The translations under genes were made by a program, and so were the position numbers. Positions 1 to 13,463 of a stretch of DNA of 64,000 nt are shown piece after piece. Numbering within the stretch: position 1 is the stretch's first letter; every line of letters begins with the position of its first letter. The notes under the pieces were generated by a model. That model was not told where the DNA came from. It saw nothing but the letters and a program-made list of their open reading frames with translations, and ran no database searches. The stretch is from Antedon mediterranea (Eukaryota; Animalia; Echinodermata): positions 21,377,175 through 21,441,174 of the forward strand of contig NC_092677.1 in assembly GCF_964355755.1 (NCBI RefSeq). The letters are read 5' to 3'.

Positions 1-3000
1 ATTTTGTGCATTTCGATGAAACTTGGTTACACAAAAACATCAAAGTGCTTAAAATCACATTTTGAGCATTTCGTTAAAACTTTTCACACAAAAACATCAA
101 AGTCCACAAAATAGCTTAATATCGTATTTAAAAACGTTTTAGACCATTTTGAGCATTTCGAAAAAACTTTTCCACAGAAAACATCAAAGTTTACAAAATA
201 GCTTCAAATCGCATTTGGAGACGTTTTAGACCATTTTGTGATTTTCGAAAAAACTTGTTAACATAAAAACACCAAAGTGCTCAGAATACCTTCAAATCGT
301 GTTTTGAGACGTTTTAGACCATTTTGTAATTTTCGAAAAAACTTGTTAACATAAAAACACCAAAGTGCTCAGAATACCTTCACATCGCATTTTGAGACGT
401 TTTAGACCATTTTGTGATTTTCGAAAAAACTTGTTAACATAAAAACACCAAAGTGCTTAGAAAAGCTTGAAATCGCATTTGGAGACGTTTTAGACCATTT
501 TGTGCATTTCGATGAAACTTGGTTACACAAAAACATCAAAGTGCTTAAAATCACATTTTGAGCATTTCGTTAAAACTTTTCACACAAAAACATCAAAGAG
601 TAATAAATAGCTCAATATCGTATTTAAAAACGTTTTAGACCATTTTGAGCATTTCGACAAAATTTTTTCAAACAAAACATTAAAGTGTACAGAATAGCTT
701 TAAATCGCATTTGGAGACGTTTTAGACCATTTTGTTCATTTCGATGAAACAAAAACACAAAAACATCAAATTGCACAAAATGGCTTAATATGATATGGGA
801 AAACGTTTTAGACCATTTTGAACATTTCGTTAAAAGTTTTCACACAAAAATATCAAAGTCCACAAAATAGCTTAATATCGTATTTAAAAACGTTTTAGAC
901 CATTTTGAGCATTTCGAAAAAACTTTTTCACACAAAACATCAAAGTTTACAAAATAGCTTCAAATCGCATTTGGAGACGTTTTAGACCATTTTGTGATTT
1001 TCGAAAAAACTTGTTAACATAAAAACACCAAAGTGCTCAGAATACCTTCAAATCGCATTTGGAGACGTTTTAGACCATTTTGTGATTTTCGTAAAAACTT
1101 GTTAACATAAAAACACCAAAGTGCTTAGAAAAGTTTCAAATCGCATTTGGAGACGTTTTAGACCATTTTGTTCATTTCGATGAAACTTGGTTACACAAAA
1201 ACATCAAATTGCACAAAATGGCTTAATATGGTATGGGAAAACGTTTTAGACCATTTTGAACATTTCGAGAAAACTTTTTCACACAAAACTTCAAAGTGTA
1301 CAGAATAGCTTCAAATCGCATTAGAAACCGTTTTAGACCATTTTGAGCATTTCGAAAAAACTTTTTCACACAAAACATCAAAGTTTACAAAATAGCTTCA
1401 AATCACATTTGGAGACGTTTTAGACCATTTTGTGATTTTCAAAAAAACTTGTTAACATAAAAACACCAAAGTGCTCAGGATACCTTCAAATCGCATTTTG
1501 AGACGTTTTAGACCATTTTGTGATTTTCGGAAAAACTTGTTAACATAAAAACACCAAAGTGCTCAGAATACCTTCAAATCGTATTTTGAGACGTTTTAGA
1601 CAATTTTGTGATTTTCGAAAAAACTTGTTAACATAAAAACACCAAAGTGCTTAGAAAAGCTTAAAAAACGCATTTGGAGACGTTTTAGACCATTTTGTGC
1701 ATTTCGATGAAACTTGGTTACACAAAAACATCAAAGTGTACAGAATAGCTTCAAATCGCATTAGAAACCGTTTTAGACCATTTTGAGCATTTCGAAAAAA
1801 CTTTTTCACACAAAACATCAAAGTGTACAAAATAGCTTCAAATCGCATTTGGAGACGTTTTAGACAATTTTGTGATTTTCGAAAAAACTTGTTTACATAA
1901 AAACACCAAAGTGCTCAGAATAGCTTCCAATCGCATTTTGAGACGTTTTAGACCCTTTTGTGCATTTCGATGAAACTTGGTTACACAAAAACATCAAAGT
2001 GCTTAAAATCACAGTAGAAACCGTTTTAGACCATTTTGAGCATTTCGTTAAAATTTTTCACAGAAAAACATCAAAGAGCAAAAAATAGCTTAATATCGTA
2101 TTTAAAAACGTTTTAGACCATTTTGAGCATTTCGACAAAACTTTTTCACACAAAACATCAAAGTGTACAGATAAGCTTCAAATCGCATTTGGAGACGTTT
2201 TAAACCATTTTGAGCATTTCGATAAAATTTTACACACAAAAACATCAAAGTGCACAAAATAGCTTAATATGGTATTTAAAAACGTTTTAGACCATTTTGA
2301 GCATTTCAACAAAACTTTTTCTCACAAAACATCAAGGTGTACAGAATAGCTTCAAATCGCATTTGGAGACGTTTTAGACCATTTTGTGCATTTCGATGAA
2401 ACTTGGTTATACAAAAACATCAAAGTGCTTAAATTCACATTTTGAGCATTTCGTTAAAACTTTTCACACAAAAACATCAAAGTCCACAAAATAGCTTAAT
2501 ATCGTATTTAAAAACGTTTTAGACCATTTTGAGAATTTCGAAAAAACTTTTTCACACAAAACATCAAAGTTTACAAAATAGCTTCAAATCGCATTTGGAG
2601 ACGTTTTAGACCATTTTGTGATTTTCGAAAAAACTTGTTAACATAAAAACACCAAAGTGCTTAGAAAAGCTTCAAATCGCATTTGGAGACGTTTTAGACC
2701 ATTTTTTGCATTTCGATGAAACTTGGTTACAAAAAAACATCAAAGTGCTTAAAATCACATTTTGAGCATTTCGTTAAAACTTTTCACACAAAAACATCAA
2801 AGTCCACAAAATAGCTTAATATCGTATTTAAAAACGTTTTAGACCATTTTGAGCATTTCGAAAAAACTTTTCCACACAAAACATCAAAGTTTACAAAATA
2901 GCTTCAAATCGCATTTGGAGACGTTTTAGACCATTTTGTGATTTTCGAAAAAACTTGTTAACATAAAAATACCAAAGTGCTCAGAATACCTTCAAATCGC

Positions 3001-6000
3001 ATTTGGAGACGTTTTAGACCATTTTGTGATTTTCGAAAAAACTTGTTAACATAAAAACACCAAAGTGCTTAGAAAAGCTTCAAATCGCATTTGGAGATGT
3101 TTTAGACCATTTTGTGCATTTCGATGAAACTTGGTTACACAAAAACATCAAAGTGCTTAAAATCACATTTTGAGCATTTCGTTAAAACTTTTCACACAAA
3201 AACATCAAAGTCCACAAAATAGCTTAATATCGTATTTAAAAACGTTTTAGACCATTTTGAGCATTTCGAAAAAACTTTTCCACAGAAAACATCAAAGTTT
3301 ACAAAATAGCTTCAAATCGCATTTGGAGACGTTTTAGACCATTTTGTGATTTTCGAAAAAACTTGTTAACATAAAAACACCAAAGTGCTCAGAATACCTT
3401 CAAATCGTGTTTTGAGACGTTTTAGACCATTTTGTAATTTTCGAAAAAACTTGTTAACATAAAAACACCAAAGTGCTCAGAATACCTTCACATCGCATTT
3501 TGAGACGTTTTAGACCATTTTGTGATTTTCGAAAAAACTTGTTAACATAAAAACACCAAAGTGCTTAGAAAAGCTTGAAATCGCATTTGGAGACGTTTTA
3601 GACCATTTTGTGCATTTCGATGAAACTTGGTTACACAAAAACATCAAAGTGCTTAAAATCACATTTTGAGCATTTCGTTAAAACTTTTCACACAAAAACA
3701 TCAAAGAGTAATAAATAGCTCAATATCGTATTTAAAAACGTTTTAGACCATTTTGAGCATTTCGACAAAATTTTTTCAAACAAAACATTAAAGTGTACAG
3801 AATAGCTTTAAATCGCATTTGGAGACGTTTTAGACCATTTTGTTCATTTCGATGAAACAAAAACACAAAAACATCAAATTGCACAAAATGGCTTAATATG
3901 ATATGGGAAAACGTTTTAGACCATTTTGAACATTTCGTTAAAAGTTTTCACACAAAAATATCAAAGTCCACAAAATAGCTTAATATCGTATTTAAAAACG
4001 TTTTAGACCATTTTGAGCATTTCGAAAAAACTTTTTCACACAAAACATCAAAGTTTACAAAATAGCTTCAAATCGCATTTGGAGACGTTTTAGACCATTT
4101 TGTGATTTTCGAAAAAACTTGTTAACATAAAAACACCAAAGTGCTCAGAATACCTTCAAATCGCATTTTGAGACGTTTTAGACCATTTTGTGATTTTCGA
4201 AAAAACTTGTTAACATAAAAACACCAAAGTGCTCAGAATACCTTCAAATCGCATTTGGAGACGTTTTAGACCATTTTGTGATTTTCGTAAAAACTTGTTA
4301 ACATAAAAACACCAAAGTGCTTAGAAAAGTTTCAAATCGCATTTGGAGACGTTTTAGACCATTTTGTTCATTTCGATGAAACTTGGTTACACAAAAACAT
4401 CAAATTGCACAAAATGGCTTAATATGGTATGGGAAAACGTTTTAGACCATTTTGAACATTTCGAGAAAACTTTTTCACACAAAACTTCAAAGTGTACAGA
4501 ATAGCTTCAAATCGCATTAGAAACCGTTTTAGACCATTTTGAGCATTTCGAAAAAACTTTTTCACACAAAACATCAAAGTTTACAAAATAGCTTCAAATC
4601 ACATTTGGAGACGTTTTAGACCATTTTGTGATTTTCAAAAAAACTTGTTAACATAAAAACACCAAAGTGCTCAGGATACCTTCAAATCGCATTTTGAGAC
4701 GTTTTAGACCATTTTGTGATTTTCGGAAAAACTTGTTAACATAAAAACACCAAAGTGCTCAGAATACCTTCAAATCGTATTTTGAGACGTTTTAGACAAT
4801 TTTGTGATTTTCGAAAAAACTTGTTAACATAAAAACACCAAAGTGCTTAGAAAAGCTTAAAAAACGCATTTGGAGACGTTTTAGACCATTTTGTGCATTT
4901 CGATGAAACTTGGTTACACAAAAACATCAAAGTGTACAGAATAGCTTCAAATCGCATTAGAAACCGTTTTAGACCATTTTGAGCATTTCGAAAAAACTTT
5001 TTCACACAAAACATCAAAGTGTACAAAATAGCTTCAAATCGCATTTGGAGACGTTTTAGACAATTTTGTGATTTTCGAAAAAACTTGTTTACATAAAAAC
5101 ACCAAAGTGCTCAGAATAGCTTCCAATCGCATTTTGAGACGTTTTAGACCCTTTTGTGCATTTCGATGAAACTTGGTTACACAAAAACATCAAAGTGCTT
5201 AAAATCACAGTAGAAACCGTTTTAGACCATTTTGAGCATTTCGTTAAAATTTTTCACAGAAAAACATCAAAGAGCAAAAAATAGCTTAATATCGTATTTA
5301 AAAACGTTTTAGACCATTTTGAGCATTTCGACAAAACTTTTTCACACAAAACATCAAAGTGTACAGATAAGCTTCAAATCGCATTTGGAGACGTTTTAAA
5401 CCATTTTGAGCATTTCGATAAAATTTTACACACAAAAACATCAAAGTGCACAAAATAGCTTAATATGGTATTTAAAAACGTTTTAGACCATTTTGAGCAT
5501 TTCAACAAAACTTTTTCTCACAAAACATCAAGGTGTACAGAATAGCTTCAAATCGCATTTGGAGACGTTTTAGACCATTTTGTGCATTTCGATGAAACTT
5601 GGTTATACAAAAACATCAAAGTGCTTAAATTCACATTTTGAGCATTTCGTTAAAACTTTTCACACAAAAACATCAAAGTCCACAAAATAGCTTAATATCG
5701 TATTTAAAAACGTTTTAGACCATTTTGAGAATTTCGAAAAAACTTTTTCACACAAAACATCAAAGTTTACAAAATAGCTTCAAATCGCATTTGGAGACGT
5801 TTTAGACCATTTTGTGATTTTCGAAAAAACTTGTTAACATAAAAACACCAAAGTGCTTAGAAAAGCTTCAAATCGCATTTGGAGACGTTTTAGACCATTT
5901 TTTGCATTTCGATGAAACTTGGTTACAAAAAAACATCAAAGTGCTTAAAATCACATTTTGAGCATTTCGTTAAAACTTTTCACACAAAAACATCAAAGTC

Positions 6001-6195
6001 CACAAAATAGCTTAATATCGTATTTAAAAACGTTTTAGACCATTTTGAGCATTTCGAAAAAACTTTTCCACACAAAACATCAAAGTTTACAAAATAGCTT
6101 CAAATCGCATTTGGAGACGTTTTAGACCATTTTGTGATTTTCGAAAAAACTTGTTAACATAAAAATACCAAAGTGCTCAGAATACCTTCAAATCG
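1..6195 (+). repeat. Tandem ~3.1-kb HOR pair (offset 3108 bp, then 3196 bp)
   Basis: Position 1 aligns with 3109; marker ORFs at 1651 and 4847 are 3196 bp apart because the second copy has one extra 88-bp A monomer near 4090-4260. Confidence 0.88.
311..398 (+). repeat. Representative class-A monomer (88 bp)
   Basis: Class consensus gttttagaccattttgtgattttcgaaaaaacttgttaacataaaaacaccaaagtgctcagaataccttcaaatcgcatttggagac; contains palindromes TTTTCGAAAA and TGTTAACA. The A' subtype ends gtgcttagaaaagcttcaaatcgc. Confidence 0.95.
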
Positions 6196-9100
6196 TGTTT
6201 TGAGACGTTTTAGACCATTTTGTGATTTTCGAAAAAACTTAACATAAAAACACCAAAGTGCTCAGAATACCTTCAAATCGCATTTGGAGACGTTTTAGAC
6301 CATTTTGTGATTTTGGAAAAAACTTGTTAACATAAAAACACCAAAGTGCTTAGAAAAGCTTCAAATCGCATTTGGAGACGTTTTAGACCCTTTTGTGCAT
6401 TTCGATGAAACTTGGTTACACAAAAACATCAAAGTGCTTAAAATCACAGTAGAAACCGTTTTAGACCATTTTGAGCATTTCGTTAAAATTTTTCACAGAA
6501 AAACATCAAAGAGCAAAAAATAGCTTAATATCGTATTTAAAAACGTTTTAGACCATTTTGAGCATTTTGACAAAACTTTTTCACACAAAACATCAAAGTG
6601 TACAGATAAGCTTCAAATCGCATTTGGAGACGTTTTAAACCATTTTGAGCATTTCGATAAAATTTTACACACAAAAACATCAAAGTGCACAAAATAGCTT
6701 AATATGGTATTTAAAAACGTTTTAGACCATTTTGAGCATTTCAACAAAACTTTTTCTCACAAAACATCAAAGTGTACAGAATAGCTTCAAATCGCATTTG
6801 GAGACGTTTTAGACCATTTTGTGCATTTCGATGAAACTTGGTTACACAAAAACATCAAAGTGCTTAAAATCACATTTTGAGCATTTCGTTAAAACTTTTC
6901 ACACAAAAACATCAAAGTCCACAAAATAGCTTAATATCTTATTTAAAAACGTTTTAGACCATTTTGAGCATTTCGAAAAAACTTTTTCACACAAAACATC
7001 AAAGTTTACAAAATAGCTTCAAATCGCATTTGGAGACGTTTTAGACCATTTTGTGATTTTCGAAAAAACTTGTTAACATAAAAACACCAAAGTGCTCAGA
7101 ATACCTTCAAATCGCATTTGGAGACGTTTTAGACCATTTTGTGATTTTCGAAAAAACTTGTTAACATAAAAACACCAAAGTGCTTAGAAAAGCTTCAAAT
7201 CGCATTTGGAGACGTTTTAGACCATTTTTTGCATTTCGATGAAACTTGGTTACACAAAAACATCAAAGTGCTTAAAATCACATTTTGAGCATTTCGTTAA
7301 AACTTTTCACACAAAAACATCAAAGTCCACAAAATAGCTTAATATCGTATTTAAAAACGTTTTAGACCATTTTGAGCATTTCGAAAAAACTTTTCCACAC
7401 AAAACATCAAAGTTTACAAAATAGCTTCAAATCGCATTTGGAGACGTTTTAGACCATTTTGTGATTTTCGAAAAAACTTGTTAACATAAAAACACCAAAG
7501 TGCTCAGAATACCTTCAAATCGCATTTGGAGACGTTTTAGACCATTTTGTGATTTTCGAAAAAACTTGTTAACATAAAAACACCAAAGTGCTTAGAAAAG
7601 CTTCAAATCGCATTTGGAGACGTTTTAGACCATTTTGTGCATTTCGATGAAACTTGGTTACACAAAAACATCAAAGTGTACAGAATAGCTTCAAATCGCA
7701 TTAGAAACCGTTTTAGACCATTTTGAGCATTTCGAAAAAACTTTTTCACACAAAACATCAAAGTGTACAAAATAGCTTCAAATCGCATTTGGAGACGTTT
7801 TAGACAATTTTGTGATTTTCGAAAAAACTTGTTTACATAAAAACACCAAAGTGCTCAGAATAGCTTCCAATCGCATTTTGAGACGTTTTAGACCCTTTTG
7901 TGCATTTCGATGAAACTTGGTTACACAAAAACATCAAAGTGCTTAAAATCACAGTAGAAACCGTTTTAGACCATTTTGAGCATTTCGTTAAAATTTTTCA
8001 CAGAAAAACATCAAAGAGCAAAAAATAGCTTAATATCGTATTTAAAAACGTTTTAGACCATTTTGAGCATTTCGACAAAACTTTTTCACACAAAACATCA
8101 AAGTGTACAGATAAGCTTCAAATCGCATTTGGAGACGTTTTAAACCATTTTGAGCATTTCGATAAAATTTTACACACAAAAACATCAAAGTGCACAAAAT
8201 AGCTTAATATGGTATTTAAAAACGTTTTAGACCATTTTGAGCATTTCAACAAAACTTTTTCTCACAAAACATCAAGGTGTACAGAATAGCTTCAAATCGC
8301 ATTTGGAGACGTTTTAGACCATTTTGTGCATTTCGATGAAACTTGGTTATACAAAAACATCAAAGTGCTTAAATTCACATTTTGAGCATTTCGTTAAAAC
8401 TTTTCACACAAAAACATCAAAGTCCACAAAATAGCTTAATATCGTATTTAAAAACGTTTTAGACCATTTTGAGAATTTCGAAAAAACTTTTTCACACAAA
8501 ACATCAAAGTTTACAAAATAGCTTCAAATCGCATTTGGAGACGTTTTAGACCATTTTGTGATTTTCGAAAAAACTTGTTAACATAAAAACACCAAAGTGC
8601 TTAGAAAAGCTTCAAATCGCATTTGGAGACGTTTTAGACCATTTTTTGCATTTCGATGAAACTTGGTTACAAAAAAACATCAAAGTGCTTAAAATCACAT
8701 TTTGAGCATTTCGTTAAAACTTTTCACACAAAAACATCAAAGTCCACAAAATAGCTTAATATCGTATTTAAAAACGTTTTAGACCATTTTGAGCATTTCG
8801 AAAAAACTTTTCCACACAAAACATCAAAGTTTACAAAATAGCTTCAAATCGCATTTGGAGACGTTTTAGACCATTTTGTGATTTTCGAAAAAACTTGTTA
8901 ACATAAAAATACCAAAGTGCTCAGAATACCTTCAAATCGTGTTTTGAGACGTTTTAGACCATTTTGTGATTTTCGAAAAAACTTAACATAAAAACACCAA
9001 AGTGCTCAGAATACCTTCAAATCGCATTTGGAGACGTTTTAGACCATTTTGTGATTTTGGAAAAAACTTGTTAACATAAAAACACCAAAGTGCTTAGAAA

Positions 9101-10380
9101 AGCTTCAAATCGCATTTGGAGACGTTTTAGACCCTTTTGTGCATTTCGATGAAACTTGGTTACACAAAAACATCAAAGTGCTTAAAATCACAGTAGAAAC
9201 CGTTTTAGACCATTTTGAGCATTTCGTTAAAATTTTTCACAGAAAAACATCAAAGAGCAAAAAATAGCTTAATATCGTATTTAAAAACGTTTTAGACCAT
9301 TTTGAGCATTTTGACAAAACTTTTTCACACAAAACATCAAAGTGTACAGATAAGCTTCAAATCGCATTTGGAGACGTTTTAAACCATTTTGAGCATTTCG
9401 ATAAAATTTTACACACAAAAACATCAAAGTGCACAAAATAGCTTAATATGGTATTTAAAAACGTTTTAGACCATTTTGAGCATTTCAACAAAACTTTTTC
9501 TCACAAAACATCAAAGTGTACAGAATAGCTTCAAATCGCATTTGGAGACGTTTTAGACCATTTTGTGCATTTCGATGAAACTTGGTTACACAAAAACATC
9601 AAAGTGCTTAAAATCACATTTTGAGCATTTCGTTAAAACTTTTCACACAAAAACATCAAAGTCCACAAAATAGCTTAATATCTTATTTAAAAACGTTTTA
9701 GACCATTTTGAGCATTTCGAAAAAACTTTTTCACACAAAACATCAAAGTTTACAAAATAGCTTCAAATCGCATTTGGAGACGTTTTAGACCATTTTGTGA
9801 TTTTCGAAAAAACTTGTTAACATAAAAACACCAAAGTGCTCAGAATACCTTCAAATCGCATTTGGAGACGTTTTAGACCATTTTGTGATTTTCGAAAAAA
9901 CTTGTTAACATAAAAACACCAAAGTGCTTAGAAAAGCTTCAAATCGCATTTGGAGACGTTTTAGACCATTTTTTGCATTTCGATGAAACTTGGTTACACA
10001 AAAACATCAAAGTGCTTAAAATCACATTTTGAGCATTTCGTTAAAACTTTTCACACAAAAACATCAAAGTCCACAAAATAGCTTAATATCGTATTTAAAA
10101 ACGTTTTAGACCATTTTGAGCATTTCGAAAAAACTTTTCCACACAAAACATCAAAGTTTACAAAATAGCTTCAAATCGCATTTGGAGACGTTTTAGACCA
10201 TTTTGTGATTTTCGAAAAAACTTGTTAACATAAAAACACCAAAGTGCTCAGAATACCTTCAAATCGCATTTGGAGACGTTTTAGACCATTTTGTGATTTT
10301 CGAAAAAACTTGTTAACATAAAAACACCAAAGTGCTTAGAAAAGCTTCAAATCGCATTTGGAGACGTTTTAGACCATTTT
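4865..10380 (+). repeat. 2744-bp tandem duplication
   Basis: ORF ends 5044/7788 and the private variant gcattttgaca at 6568/9312 are both 2744 bp apart; junction within 7609-7636. Confidence 0.88.
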
Positions 10381-10861
10381 TTGCATTTCGATGAAACTTG
10401 GTTACACAAAAACATCAAAGTGCTTAAAATCACATTTTGAGCATTTCGTTAAAACTTTTCACACAAAAACATCAAAGTCCACAAAATAGCTTAATATCGT
10501 ATTTAAAAACGTTTTAGACCATTTTGAGCATTTCGAAAAAACTTTTCCACACAAAACATCAAAGTTTACAAAATAGCTTCAAATCGCATTTGGAGACGTT
10601 TTAGACCATTTTGTGATTTTCGAAAAAACTTGTTAACATAAAAACACCAAAGTGCTCAGAATACCTTCAAATCGTGTTTTGAGACGTTTTAGACCATTTT
10701 GTAATTTTCGAAAAAACTTGTTAACATAAAAACACCAAAGTGCTCAGAATACCTTCACATCGCATTTTGAGACGTTTTAGACCATTTTGTGATTTTCGAA
10801 AAAACTTGTTAACATAAAAACACCAAAGTGCTTAGAAAAGCTTGAAATCGCATTTGGAGAC

Positions 10862-10939
10862 GTTTTAGACCATTTTGTGCATTTCGATGAAACTTGGTTA
10901 CACAAAAACATCAAAGTGCTTAAAATCACATTAGAAACC
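10862..10939 (+). repeat. Representative intact class-B monomer (78 bp, 10 bp shorter than class A)
   Basis: gttttagaccattttgtgcatttcgatgaaacttggttacacaaaaacatcaaagtgcttaaaatcacattagaaacc; most copies lack a further 20 bp at the B/C junction. Confidence 0.93.
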
Positions 10940-11026
10940 GTTTTAGACCATTTTGAGCATTTCGTTAAAACTTTTCACACAAAAACATCAAAGTCCACAA
11001 AATAGCTTAATATCGTATTTAAAAAC
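10940..11026 (+). repeat. Representative class-C monomer (87 bp)
   Basis: Head gagcatttcgttaaaacttttcac; tail tagcttaatatcgtatttaaaaac, which forms the palindrome AAAACGTTTT with the next core. Confidence 0.93.
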
Positions 11027-11113
11027 GTTTTAGACCATTTTGAGCATTTCGAAAAAACTTTTCCACACAAAACATCAAAGTTTACAAAATAGCTTCAAAT
11101 CGCATTTGGAGAC
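11027..11113 (+). repeat. Representative class-D monomer (87 bp)
   Basis: Head gagcatttcgaaaaaactttt; tail aaagtttacaaaatagcttcaaatcgcatttggagac. Confidence 0.93.
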
Positions 11114-13463
11114 GTTTTAGACCATTTTGTGATTTTCGAAAAAACTTGTTAACATAAAAACACCAAAGTGCTCAGAATACCTTCAAATCGTATTTTGAGA
11201 CGTTTTAGACAATTTTGTGATTTTCAAAAAAACTTGTTAACATAAAAACACCAAAGTGCTTAGAAAAGCTTCATATCGCATTTGGAGACGTTTTAGACCA
11301 TTTTGTGCATTTCGATGAAACTTGGTTACACAAAAACATCAAAGTGCTTAAAATCACATTTTGAGCATTTCGTTAAAACTTTTCACACAAAAACATCAAA
11401 GAGCAAAAAATAGCTTAATATCGTATTTAAAAACGTTTTAGACCATTTTGAGAATTTCGACAAAACTTTTTCACACAAAACATCAAAGTGTACAAAATAG
11501 CTTCAAATCGCATTTGGAGACGTTTTAGACAATTTTGTGATTTTCGAAAAAACTTGTTTACATAAAAACACCAAAGTGCTAAGAATAGCTTCCAATCGCA
11601 TTTGGAGACGTTTTAGACCCTTTTGTGCATTTCGATGAAACTTGGTTACACAAAAACATCAAAGTGCTTAAAATCACATTAGAAACCGTTTTAGAACATT
11701 TTGAGCATTTCGTTAAAATTTTTCACAGAAAAACATCAAAGAGCAAAAAATAGCTTAATATCGTATTTAAAAACGTTTTAGACCATTTTGAGCATTTCGA
11801 CAAAACTTTTTCACACAAAACAACAAAGTGTACAGAATAGCTTATAATCGCATTTGGAGACGTTTTAACCCATTTTGAGCATTTCGATAAAATTTTACAC
11901 ACAAAAACATCAAAGTGCACAAAATAGCTTAATATGGTATTTAAAAACGTTTTAGACCATTTTGAGCATTTCAACAAAACTTTTTCTCACAAAACATCAA
12001 AGTGTACAGAATAGCTTCAAATCGCATTTGGAGACGTTTTAGACCATTTTGTGCATTTCGATGAAACTTGGTTACACAAAAACATCAAAGTGCTTAAAAT
12101 CACATTTTGAGCATTTCGTTAAAACTTTTCACACAAAAACATCAAAGTCCACAAAATAGCTTAATATCGTATTTAAAAACGTTTTAGACCATTTTGAGCA
12201 TTTCGAAAAAACTTTTCCACACAAAACATCAAAGTTTACAAAATAGCTTCAAATCGCATTTGGAGACGTTTTAGACCATTTTGTGATTTTCGAAAAAACT
12301 TGTTAACATAAAAACACCAAAGTGCTCAGAATACCTTCAAATCGCATTTTGAGACGTTTTAGACCATTTTGTGATTTTCGAAAAAACTTGTTAACATAAA
12401 AATACCAAAGTGCTCAGAATACCTTCAAATCGTGTTTTGAGACGTTTTAGACCATTTTGTGTTTTTCGAAAAAACTTGTTAACATAAAAACACCAAAGTG
12501 CTCAGAATACCTTCAAATCGCATTTGGAGACGTTTTAGACCATTTTGTGATTTTGGAAAAAACTTGTTAACATAAAAACACCAAAGTGCTTAGAAAAGCT
12601 TCAAATCGCATTTGGAGACGTTTTAGACCCTTTTGTGCATTTCGATGAAACTTGGTTACACAAAAACATCAAAGTGCTTAAAATCACAGTAGAAACCGTT
12701 TTAGACCATTTTGAGCATTTCGTTAAAATTTTTCACAGAAAAACATCAAAGAGCAAAAAATAGCTTAATATCGTATTTAAAAACGTTTTAGACCATTTTG
12801 AGCATTTCGACAAAACTTTTTCACACAAAACATCAAAGTGTACAGATAAGCTTCAAATCGCATTTGGAGACGTTTTAAACCATTTTGAGCATTTCGATAA
12901 AATTTTACACACAAAAACATCAAAGTGCACAAAATAGCTTAATATGGTATTTAAAAACGTTTTAGACCATTTTGAGCATTTCAACAAAACTTTTTCTCAC
13001 AAAACATCAAAGTGTACAGAATAGCTTCAAATCGCATTTGGAGACGTTTTAGACCATTTTGTGCATTTCGATGAAACTTGGTTACACAAAAACATCAAAG
13101 TGCTTAAAATCACATTTTGAGCATTTCGTTAAAACTTTTCACACAAAAACATCAAAGTCCACAAAATAGCTTAATATCTTATTTAAAAACGTTTTAGACC
13201 ATTTTGAGCATTTCGAAAAAACTTTTTCACACAAAACATCAAAGTTTACAAAATAGCTTCAAATCGCATTTGGAGACGTTTTAGACCATTTTGTGATTTT
13301 CGAAAAAACTTGTTAACATAAAAACACCAAAGTGCTCAGAATACCTTCAAATCGCATTTGGAGACGTTTTAGACCATTTTGTGATTTTCGAAAAAACTTG
13401 TTAACATAAAAACACCAAAGTGCTTAGAAAAGCTTCAAATCGCATTTGGAGATGTTTTAGACC

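Noticed and set aside
202-220. Hairpin followed by a T-run, resembling a rho-independent terminator or structured ncRNA
   Set aside because: Weak AT-rich stem repeated in most monomers with no associated gene; better explained as satellite dyad symmetry.
1651-1848. 65-aa minus-strand ORF MRFEAILYTLMF... and its copies at 4847, 7603, 15114, 18310, 27022, 43512, 48361 and 61830
   Set aside because: The internal 29-aa repeat reflects the 87-bp monomer; the ORFs recur only because the HOR is duplicated; no recognisable domain. Used only as positional markers.
11723-11977. 83-84-aa minus-strand Cys/Lys/Ser-rich ORFs (also 26562 and 35274)
   Set aside because: Open only because consecutive 87-bp monomers keep the frame; no genuine zinc-finger spacing or gene context.
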